From: Macrostomum lignano
Taxonomy: Eukaryota
Direction of reading: 5' to 3'
Length of the DNA: 64,000 nucleotides
NCBI GenBank assembly: GCA_002269645.1
Contig: NIVC01000891.1
Coordinates: 248,001 to 312,000 of the forward strand
Both the position numbers and the translations under genes were made by a program. Shown piece by piece: positions 47,801 through 59,800 of the stretch. A model generated the notes under the pieces. That model saw only the letters and a list, made by a program, of their open reading frames with translations. It made no database searches and was not told where the DNA came from. Numbering within the stretch: position 1 is the first letter of the stretch; the number at the start of each line of letters is the position of its first letter.

Positions 47801-50800
47801 CTCTCACCCTACCTCTGCTCTCACCCTACCTCTGCTCTCACCCTACCTCTCCTCTCACCTACCTCTCCTCTCACCCTACCTCTACTCTCACACTACAACT
47901 CCTCTCACCCTACCTCTCCTCTCACCTTACCTCCCTCTCACCCTACCTCTCCTCTCACCCTACCTCTCCTCTCACTCTACTTCTTTTTTCACTCTACTTT
48001 TCCCTCTCCCTCTCCGTCCCTCTCACCTGGCTCTGTGCAGCAGACACACAAAAGCTCTGCCATCCTGCCAGCAGGAGGTAAAGTTGGTCACCGACAGTCC
48101 ATAGGGCGCCAGCTCGGCTCTGCACCAGGCCAGCAGGAAGTCTCTCACAGCTCGATTGTCGTCCAACTGCTGCTGCTGCTGCGGCTGCTGCTGCCGCTGC
48201 AGAGAGCCGGATGCGGTGGAGAAGCTGGGCAGAATCTCCGATATCTGGCGGGCAAGAGAGCGCGTCCCAATTTTCTTTTCTGCTTGAGTAAAAACAATCC
48301 GGAGAAAAAATCTAACGATTTAGCCGGAATAAACAAAACTTTGTGATAATTAAGAACAAAATTTTTTTTGTTAACGTCCATTTCTAAAGATGCAAAATAT
48401 CAAAGCTGCAGATATCATGGTGTCCCTACACTGCCAATCCTGAGCATCTGCAGATATCATGATGTCCCTACACTGTCAATCCTGAGCATCTGCAGGTATC
48501 ATGATGTCCCTACATACACTGCCAATCCTGAGCAGCTGCAGATATCATGGTGTCCCTACACTGCCAATCCCGAGCATCTGCAGATATCATGGTGTCCCTA
48601 CACTGCCAATCCCGAGCATCTGCAGATATCATGGTGTCCCTACACTGCCAATCCCGAGCATCTGCAGATATCATGATGTCCCTACACTGCCAATCCCGAG
48701 CATCTGCAGATATCATGATGTCCCTACACTGCCAATCCTAGCAGCTGCAGATATCATGGTGTCCCTACACTGCCAATCCTGAGCAGCTGCAGATATCATG
48801 ATGTCCCTACACTGCCAATCCTGAGCATCTGCAGGTATCATGATGTCCCTACACTGCCAATCCTGAGCAGCTGCAGATATCATGATGTCCCTACATACAC
48901 TGCCAATCCCGAGCATCTGCAGATATCATGATGTCCCTACACTGCCAATCCTGAGCAGCTGCAGATATCATGATGTCCCTACACTGCCAATCCTGAGCAT
49001 CTGCAGGTATCATGATGTCCCTACACTGCCAATCCTGAGCAGCTGCAGATATCATGATGTCCCTACATACACTGCCAATCCCTAGCATCTGCAGGTATCA
49101 TGATGTCCCTACACTGCCAATCCTGAGCAGCTGCAGATATCATGATGTCCCTACATACACTGCCAATCCCGAGCATCTGCAGATATCATGATGTCCCTAC
49201 ACTGCCAATCCTGAGCATCTGCAGATATCATGATGTCCCTACACTGTCAATCCTGAGCATCTGCAGGTATCATGATGTCCCTACATACACTGCCAATCCT
49301 GAGCAGCTGCAGATATCATGGTGTCCCTACACTGCCAATCCCGAGCATCTGCAGATATCATGATGTCCCTACACTGCCAATCCTGAGCAGCTGCAGATAT
49401 CATGATGTCCCTACACTGCCAATCCTGAGCAGCTGCAGATATCATGATGTCCCTACATACACTGCCAATCCTAGCAGCTGCAGATATCATGGTGTCCCTA
49501 CACTGCCAATCCTGAGCAGCTGCAGATATCATGATGTCCCTACATACACTGCCAATCCTGAGCATCTGCAGGTATCATGATGTCCCTACACTGCCAATCC
49601 TGAGCAGCTGCAGATATCATGGTGTCCCTACACTGCCAATCCTGAGCAGCTGCAGATATCATGGTGTCCCTACACTGCCAATCCCGAGCATCTGCAGATA
49701 TCATGATGTCCCTACATATACTGTCAATCCTGAGCATCTGCAGATATCATGATGTCCCTACACTGCCAATCCTGAGCATCTGCAGGTATCATGATGTCCC
49801 TACATATACTGTCAATCCTGAGCATCTGCAGGTATCATGATGTCCCTACATACACTGCCAATCCTGAGCATCTGCAGGTATCATGATGTCCCTACACTGC
49901 CAATCCTGAGCATCTGCAGGTATCATGATGTCCCTACATACACTGCCAATCCTGAGCATCTGCAGGTATCATGATGTCCCTACACTGCCAATCCTGAGCA
50001 GCTGCAGATATCATGGTGTCCCTACACTGCCAATCCCGAGCATCTGCAGATATCATGATGTCCCTACACTGCCAATCCTGAGCAGCTGCACCACCTGACT
50101 GTCTATCGAGCTGCACTCCTTATCCAAATCGAGGCCGCTCCATCTGAGCAGCTCGGTGGACGCTGACCCGGCCGCAACATCGGCCAATCCGGCCACCGAG
50201 TCCGCAGCGGCAGCCGCCCCGCTGCCGCCCACTCGCAGCTTCCGCTTGAAGCGAAGCAGCCGCGGCCGGCCGAGCAGCCAGCGGTTGTTGGCGCCGCAGC
50301 AGCCGGCAAAGGGCAGCATGAGCTGGACTGCTACTAGGAGAAGAGCTTTGGTGGAACTGGACGGCAACAAATGACCAACAGTTGGTGTCACAACTTCATT
50401 CCCAATAGCAAGTAGAGGAATATTTATGCGGAAAAGTCAAGACCTTACTCATTCCCCACAGCTAGCTCATAAATTTCTCACCCTAAATCTCCCCTTTTCT
50501 CTGTTCCCGCGTTATTATTAACTTGAATTTCATTTTTTCTTCCCAATGCTCTGACCGGAAAAAGTGCATTGTTCTCAACTATTATCTAATTACCCGTTGA
50601 GATGAGAAGATACCGCAGCTACAACGCATTCGCCTTATTTTCTTTTTTTTCTAAAAAATATTTTTAAAATCATTAAATTTGGCATTGTGAGAAGTTTAGG
50701 GCCCATTGCAAATGAAGGGTGTTGGTTGGCATTTCAGGCCAGCTGCCGCAAAGGCACGCGCGCCCTCTCTCACTGCCTCACTCACTTCATTTCGATAATA

Positions 50801-53800
50801 ATTTCTCCCTTTCACAAAAGCACACAGAGAGCAGAAAGCCTGGCAGAGCAAAGCATATTTCTAGCACGCATTCGCGCTTCTACCGGGGTGGTGGAGCAAG
50901 CAGAGCAGGGCTGAGCAGCTTGAGCACTATAGCGGTGTGCACTCCGCCACTGCGCCAACCTCAAGCTCGCAGTCACAGCTTGCACAGCACAGAGACGGCA
51001 TCTGCCCAGCGAATTCGCGTTGCCAAAGCAGAGAGGAAACAGCAAATATGACTTTGACTGACTCAGATACGCGCGGCCAGCATAAGAAAATCGTTCAGAA
51101 AATCTATTTTAATCGCCCACGCTCTGACTAAAAAAGCCTGTCTGTCCGCCTGTTTGCTAGTCACGAGTCTGTCACCTACAGCTGATCTCTCTAACACTTG
51201 TAAACACTTGCGAATACATAAACCAGACATGCGATATGCCTGCAGTTCGAACTACACCCTCGCAGACAACGCCCAATTAAATATGGTATTGTATAACGTC
51301 TATGGCTCATTGCCAAGAAGCAAATTCCCGGGAAGCCACAGCCGTGAAGTTGGCATTCCATCTTATGCCTGGGTATTCTCTGCACCCAATAGGACCACAG
51401 AATTTAGCTATATTTCTATATAAATCTACAGGCCAACTTTGACGAACTTGACAAACAGATTTCAGCGGACCAGAAAGGCACACAACACAGAGACTGAGAA
51501 AGAGAAATAAAGGCAAAAAAGACCAGAGCAAAGAGACAGTTTTGCAGAAAGAATAGCTGATTCAATAGGAATGACCTCGCCAGCTGGGGTTAAGAGCTGG
51601 ATATGCCTTGCTCAGCAGAGCATCCGAGCTCTCACACAATGCCTGCGGAGGCGTAGCGAACACCTCTGCGCGCGGAGCTGCAACAGCGCACACAGAGAGA
51701 AGAGAATACACGATACTTGCTCAGGTAAGAACTGCTGCATATACAATTTAACGGGGCCAAAAACTAAAGCAACGATACGAAATAAAAAACTAGATTGTTT
51801 TGTGCCAACTAGTACTAGCAAGTAGTAACACCTGTGCTTCTCCATACTTATTAGCAGTAAACTACAGCTATAATAACTGAGGAAACTTGATGCAGAACCG
51901 AAGAATCAGACAGGCAAGGCTGCAGTTTATACTCACAAGCCGGACAGGGCCTGAGGAACCTCTGAGCAGCCGTCCCACCGCTACAAGACCGCATGAGTAC
52001 AGGAGGATGAGTAGCAGGCCAGCCAGCAGCAGAGCTCCCGGCCATAGAAGGTGAACCTCGCGTGTGAACGGACTCGACATGTGACTGAGCTGGGCATGAG
52101 CAGCCCGTACGCCTCCCACTCACCGACTGTCTCCTCTCTCCCAGCGATCAGTTATAATATATTTTTTCTGTACAGCCGCTTGACTTTCGCTATAGGAAGA
52201 TATTTTTACTTCTTCTGCTCTCAGGAGTGGCAGATATTGCCGCCAATCAAACTGGGACAGACAGGGCCGGGAGACGGGGGCTGTGGGTTGGTGACACGGC
52301 AGATCCGCCACCGACAATGTACGGCAAGGACGCCCGCAACTGCAGCTTGGAATGGCTGACGACTGGAACAGCTTTGAGCTGCACAGCAGAAGAAGCCTTA
52401 TCTGCCCGCGCTTTTCTGCTATTTAGGTCTATCTTCTGTTCTGCTAGCCAGCGTTTGAGAAATAATGACAGAGACGGCTCAATGTCACAGCGATTCAGTC
52501 ATAAATTCGGGCTAATGAGACAAACAAAAAGCAGTGAAAGCAGAGTCTGCTGGACCGATAACGACTTCTTCCAGACGCAAAGATAAAAGCGGAGAGCTTT
52601 GCTTCTGCGGCTGCGCGTCTCTATCTGTTTCTCTCTGCCTACAAACTTTATAAACTGCAACGGGACAGTCAGGGAGCGCAGGAAGTGAATTCCGCCGCTG
52701 CACTTGACTGCAAATTTCACTGCAGCTGGCTGGCAGCACGCAGCCGAGTGTACAACAGTACAGTGCACGCGAATTCAAGTGTGCGGGAATAGAAACCCAT
52801 CAGCCCGCCTCATCGTCAATTACTGCAGCACCCAGCTGCCCAAGCAGACTAAAAATAGATATTTCACTACTATATTGATTTATAATAGCAAATTATGAGC
52901 ATCTCATCCTTTATAGTAAAGATTTTGCTTAATAATCATAAAATCATGAATAATGTTAGCAATGTCCTAAAGTGCTACTCCAAGTAGGAATAAAAAAGTA
53001 TTCGAACTGAAAATTTAACTCAAAATTATTTAAAAATCAAGCGAAAAAGTTCATCAAAAGAACTACTAAATGAGAATACTAATTAGATAAATTCAAACCA
53101 ATCACCTGTCGCTAAATTTAGCTGCAACGCCTATTCAATATTCTGATCCATTCTTCGTACAGGCAAACACAATGGGATCACGGGATCTCTAGAAATGCAC
53201 TACTAGCCCGATGGGGTACAGATCAAGTGCAATAGACTGGAATTCTTAAGCTCGACCTATTACATGATAGATCGAGTGACTGATAAAATGGGTGAATGGG
53301 TGAGTTAGCGAGTGAGTGAGTGAGTGAGTGAGTGAGTGAGTGAGTGAGTGAGTGATTGAGTGAGTGAGTGATTGAGTGAGTGAGTGAGTGAGTGAGTGGT
53401 TGAGTGAGTGGTTGAGTGAGTGGTTGAGTGAGTGAGTGAGTGATTGAGGAGTGAGTGAGTGAGTGATTGAGGAGTGAGTGAGTGAGTGATTGAGTGAGTG
53501 AGTGAGTGAGTGAGTGAGTGAGTGAGTGAGTGAGTGAGTGAGTGAGTGAGTGAGTGAGTGAGTGAGTGGTTGAGTGAGTGGTTGAGTGAGTGGTTGAGTG
53601 AGTGAGTGAGTGATTGAGGAGTGAGTGAGTGAGTGATTGAGGAGTGAGTGAGTGAGTGATTGAGTGAGTGAGTGAGTGAGTGAGTGAGTGAGTGAGTGAG
53701 TGAGTGAGTGAGTGAGTGAGTGAGTGAGTGAGTGGTTGAGTGAGTGAGTGAGTGGTTGAGTGAGTGAGTGAGTGAGTGAGTGAGTGAGTGAGTGAGTGAG

Positions 53801-56800
53801 TGAGTGAGTGAGTGAGTGAGTGAGTGAGTGAGTGAGTGAGTGAGTGAGTGAGTGAGTGAGTGAGTGAGTGAGTGGTTGAGTGAGTGAGTGAGTGAGAGTG
53901 TAAGTGAGTGAGTAAGTGAGTGAGTGAGTGAGTGAGTGAGTGAGTGAGTGAGTGAGTGAGTGAGTGAGTGAGTGAGTGAGTGAGTGAGTGAGTGAGTGAG
54001 TGAGTGAGTGAGTGAGTGAGTGAGTAAGTGAGTGAGTGAGTGAGTGAGTGAGTGAGTGAGTGAGTGAGTGAGTGAGTGAGTGAGTGAGTGAGTGAGTGAG
54101 TGAGTGGTTGAGTGAGTGAGTGAGTGAGTGGTTGAGTGAGTGAGTGAGTGAGAGTGTAAGTGAGTGAGTAAGTGAGTGAGTGAGTGAGTGAGTGAGTGAG
54201 TGAGTGAGTGAGTGAGTGAGTGAGTGAGTGAGTGAGTGAGTAAGTGAGTGAGTGAGTGAGTGAGTGAGTGAGTGAGTGAGTGAGTGAGTGAGTGAGTGAG
54301 TGAGTGAGTGAGTGAGTGAGTGAGTGAGTGAGTGAGTAAGTGAGTGAGTGAGTGAGTGAGTGAGTGAGTGAGTAAGTGAGTGAGTGAGTGAGTGAGTGAG
54401 AGTGTAAGTGAGTGAGTGAGTGAGTGAGTGAGTGAGTGAGTGAGTGAGTGAGTGAGTGAGTGAGTGAGTAAGTGAGTGAGTGAGTGAGTGAGTGAGTGAG
54501 TGAGTGAGTGAGTAAGTGAGTGAGTGAGTGAGTGACTACAGTGGAGCTGCACTGAGCCATACAAATTGGGCATCAAGAACAGAATGCAATGGAGGTCTCC
54601 AGAGCAGCGCCCTTCGCTCACGCATTCGCTACAGTCAGGCATATTACTAAGCGGACCAAAAGTTACTAAAGTCATTAATAATCATACGCAATTACTGCGC
54701 ACAGCGGGGGGTCTGGGTGTGCCATGCCCAGACGCAGCTGCATGTGCACAGCAGCTCCTCGCACATCCCTCCAGTCTGCCCCAGTCTGGGAAAAAGCACT
54801 TTAGCACTTTAAGGCCTTAGCCGAATAGAAATGACGAATAACAGGGAAATTTCGGGGGAAGGGAAGCGAACAGGGGGTCCGGAGTGCAGCTTAGAAGATA
54901 ATAGCCGCGGGCGTGGGCGCTGGGTTGCCACCCGGAGGCTTAAACGGTGCAGTGAATAATCCTAGAAGCAAGTGAGTCAGCAGCAGACTGCAAACTAAAC
55001 AGGAAACAAGGCTTTACTTCGCGGATAAATCGGCAATAAAAATCTGAGTTTGAGTCCGCAATTGCTTGATTGGAATGCAACCCATTGCTGTTAACTCACG
55101 TTAGCAAAGCTGCCCACTCGGCGTTGGATTTTAACTCGCTAAAAAGACAGCAAAGCGTTGAACAATCTTTGTAAAAAACTGACAACATTAATGTTATAAT
55201 CGCGATAGTTACTGGGCGGCTGCCAGCAGCCTGCATGCAAAGAGTAATAAACAAAATATTGACATTAAATTGTGCATTGCGTGCACTTTGATCAGCTAAT
55301 TCACCCGGATTGAGGCTTACTACACCCAGTCTGAGGCTTACTACACCCAATCTGAGGCTTATTTACACCCAATCTGAGGCTTACTACACCCAATCTGAGG
55401 CTTATTTACACCCAAGCTGAGGCTTACTACACTCAATATGAGGCTTACTACACCCAGTCTGAGGCTTACTACACCCAGTCTGAGGCTTACTACACCCAGT
55501 CTGAGGCTTACTTACACCCTATATGAGGCTTATTTACACCCAATCTGAGGCTTATTTACACCCAAGCTGAGGCTTACTACACTCAATATGAGGCTTACTA
55601 CACCCAGTCTGAGGCTTACTACACCCAGTCTGAGGCTTACTACACCCAGTCTGAGGCTTACTTACACCCTATATGAGGCTTATTTACACCCAATCTGAGG
55701 CTTATTTACACCCAATCTGAGGCTTACTACACCCAATCTAAGGCTTACTACACCCAATCTGAGGCTTATTTACACCCAATCTGAGGCTTATTTACACCCA
55801 ATCTGAGGCTTATTTACACCCAATCTGAGGCTTACTACATCCAATCTGAGGCTTACTACACCCAATCTAAGGCTTACTACACCCAATCTGAGGCTTGCTA
55901 CACCCAATCTGAGGCTTACTACACCCAATCTGAGGCTTACTACATCCAATCTGAGGCTTGCTACACCCAATCTGAGGCTTACTACACCCAATCTAAGGCT
56001 AATGACATAAGTTTACACCCATATCAACAGCAACAGCACCTGAAGGGGGGCTAATAACATGTGATTTATGCTAGCACACAGTAAAGACAACACATACTAT
56101 TATTGTTGAGCTGAAAGTTGGAATAAAACACAGACTGACTCGTATCGATAAGAATTTGGTAAATACTGAAGCCAATGCGTGCACTATGGTGTGAAGTAAA
56201 TAAAAGTACAAATTGCAGCTTCACTAGCTGCATCAATTACCGGACTATCGGCACTGTGCAATTCAATTCCGCGCACAACCTGCGGTTTTGTTTTGTTTCA
56301 AGTTTTAAAATAGAATTTATCATTACAGAATCGCTGTCGTTAGTAGTGATGTAAGAGAGCGTTTCATTCACGAACAAAAAGCCAATATTGCTGTCAAAGC
56401 TGAAGCCGAAATCCCAAAGCCTCTCGGGCTGCTACTTTTCGACCATAGACAAAAGTCTAGAATTATCTGTGGCCCGTTCATAAACAGCCCGTTCATATTC
56501 CTTTTTGCGATTCACTTTGCCCGCAGAAACTCGTGCCTATCTATGTCCCATTTAACCCCAACTTTAGCCATAGACTAATCTTCGAAGCTGCATTCAATTT
56601 CGCAACAACAACAAAATACGTTGCCAGCCGGTCAAGCGAGGCAAGACAAGGTTACTGGGCCTGGGCGCGAATGCAGGTCGCACCGCCGGCAGTATCCGGG
56701 GCGCCGCATCGACCTGCTGTTCCAGCGATTCCGTCAGCGTTGTACAACAGGACGATCTCGATCACCGCCCGGAACAACGCCGCTCTCTGGCGGTCGAACA

Positions 56801-59800
56801 GGACCTTGGACTGCAGGACTGCCCTCACAGAACGAAAAGCAGCCCAGACAGCCCAGCCTAGGATCTTACTTCGGATTTCGCATTTCTTCTGATTACGAAG
56901 CAGATTTGCACATCAGTGCTCAAGCGAGATGTGGAGGCCTCAAGAAAGAAGTGCATTCAGTGGATGCACCATTTATACTCTATTGTACATCCAGAGGTGT
57001 ATAGAGCTGTTCGACATATTTGTCTGCATGACAACCAGCTGGCCTCTCTCTTCATTTCAGTTAACATTTTCTCTGTTTATTGCTGAAATTCCACTCTTGA
57101 ATTGATCGGAGGTCGCAGCTATGGCAAAATTGAGTGCAGTTTTCGGAGATTAGTCTATGGCTCAAGCTGGGGTCAAAACGGGACTTAGATAGGCACGAAT
57201 TTCTGCAGGCAAAATTGAGTGCAGTTTTCGGAGATTAGTCTATGGCTCAAGCTGGGGTCAAAACGGGACTTAGATAGGCACGAATTTCTGCAGGCAAAAT
57301 CGATTGTAGTTTAGGCAAACTGAATCGCAAAAAGGTAAACAAATCTTAATTTACATTCAGTACAGAGCAGCATTGCTGCAAGCTATTTCCAGTTGCAGAC
57401 TTTTGTCCATGGGCGAAATGTAAGAGCCCGAGTGTTTGAGATGCAAACAAATATGCAACGCAAACTTCGTTCCTGAAACCCAAAATTTAGCATAAGGTAA
57501 ATAAATAAGCAAACAAGGCAAAGGACCCCAACCTGATAATGTAGAATGATCACCCACACCAGACCGAGAGTCAGTTTGGGATTGCCGTCCACAATGTCAT
57601 CCGGACGAATGTTCACTATTCGAGCCTGCGGGGGCGTCATGAAAGTACACGATGCACTAATGCCGCTGCTCGAATAAAAAAATAAAAAAAATAAATCTGT
57701 CTTACCCCATCAAATTGAAGAAACTGTAGCGCGATTTCCACATTTTGCAGATAGTGAAACCGCAGGTGGCCCCGTTCGACTGGCTGCATTGGGAAGGGAG
57801 GGGGGAGGCTGCGTTGGATTCTAAAAGTGCAAAGCAACAGCCTAAGCTCGGTAGGTACTGTAGTCTATGCACATATAGCCTTCACGTGTAGATTCCATAA
57901 TAAATTCTGACTATTTTCAAATATTTTAATTTATTGGATCAGATCCATTATACTAAAAATTTGATTTTCTAAATCCCTAGAAAATCCAGGTGATTTCTCA
58001 AATCCCTAATAAATCCAGGTGATTTCTCAAATCCCCAATAAATCCAGGTGATTTCTCAAATCCCCAATAAATCCAGGTGATTTCCCAAATCCCCAAATAA
58101 ATCCAGGTGATTTCCCAAATCCCTAATAAATCCAGGTGATTTCTCAAATCCCCAATAAATCCAGGTGATTTCTCAAATCCCCAATAAATCCAGGTGATTT
58201 CTCAGATCCCCAATAAATCCAGGTGATTTCCCTAATCCCCAAATAAAGCCTGGTGGTTTTCCCAATCCCCAAATAAATCCAGGTGATTTCTCAAATCCCC
58301 AATAAATCCAGGTGATTTCTCAGATCCCCAATAAATCCAGGTGATTTCTCAAATCCCCAATAAATCCAGGTGATTTCCCTAATCCCCAAATAAAGCCTGG
58401 TGGTTTTCCCAATCCCCAAATAAATCCAGGTGATTTCCCAAACCCCACAATAAACCCGCACAGGTCCCAGAGCGGTGTCTCACCAGCACGTGGCCAGACA
58501 GAACCTCCAGCAAGGTGATTAGCGCAAACCCATTGCGCAAGTCTTGGAAAAGATCCGAAATTCTTGTCGATTTCTGAAAACAAAAAAGAGGCATCCGATT
58601 CGGTAGGAATTCAGTTTTTTTTTATTGGTGGAGAAAAATAGGCGGAGACCCGACTGAGTCACTATAGTTGCTTCTTCTCTCGGCAGTCGCGCAGGCAGTG
58701 ACAGCAAGTTTCGGTTGCTAGGCAACCGTGCAAATGGTAGGAAGACAATTTACAAAGATTCGCACGCGCCCAGCTAATTAAAATAAAGTTAAAACTAAGC
58801 GAAACCGATCGAAGTGGAAACTGGTAGAATTCTGGTCTCAATTGCCTCACCTGTTTCAGCTGCTGATTCACCCATCTGGTAAAGGTTCGCTTCTGAATGC
58901 AGTCCCTGGCGTCTGGATGAGGGTTGGTTTACTCAATGCTTTATCGAGTTAGACAGGTACAGAGTGAGATATTGATAGCAGTTGGTATTGGAAATTGAAA
59001 TCATTAGAGACGCAAGTGTTATGCAGCATACAAACTGATTTTGGTACGGTCTATGTTAGAACCACACAGGTTTGACGTATTGCTGTAAAACAGTTCAAAT
59101 CCAGGAGTTTAGTAAAGTGCATTTAAAAATATGATAATTAATGAAATTTACGCAATATTTATTGAGTTATTATTAAGCACTTTTCACGCTTAATGTTAGG
59201 AAACTTTCAAAGCCGGAAAGTGCACGAGACAGAATTCATGTACAATAAATGACTACCTTGATTGCTAGTTCCCTGTGTTAAACTCTATCACCAGTTCGTA
59301 CGCGTTAAATTTAAACTTGTAAGAAAGTTACGAAACCTTTACCAGAGAAAAATTTTGGCATTAGCTGGAGATCAGCTGAGATGCTGCTCTAACACTGTTA
59401 GCTTTTCTCTCTCTTGCACCCAGCCTCTCTCTCTCTCACCTGGGCCAGCAGCTTCATCAGGCGCGAGATGAAGCCAGCAGCAGCCGAAAGTTCTACTGCG
59501 AGGTGGCAAATGTTTTAACAAAATAATACAAGTAATATTTCATAACCAGCAGTAAATTCAACCCTAGTATTCAATCAAAAAGCCAACTATAAAAGTGCAT
59601 GCGCTTTCAGATGGGAACAAACGAGTGATGCAGAAACTACAGGGGCGCACAGCAACTGCTGAGCATAGCAGGTATTGCAAAATTCCGCATACTCAAATTT
59701 AATTTAGCTTGATTGATAACTACAAGGCCTAGATATAACAGACAACAGTAGGACAAGGTACAGCTAAGACAATAAGCATATTGAGATCGAGGTTAAAGTA

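Noticed and set aside
52120-52317. ORF ending at a GTGAGT donor-like site in intron 5
   Set aside because: Only the phase-2 frame is open, which is incompatible with the phase-0 acceptor of exon 6; no ATG or domain similarity. At most a non-coding exon.
53223-54675. 445/456-aa His/Ser/Leu/Thr ORFs
   Set aside because: Translations of the (TCAC)n microsatellite.
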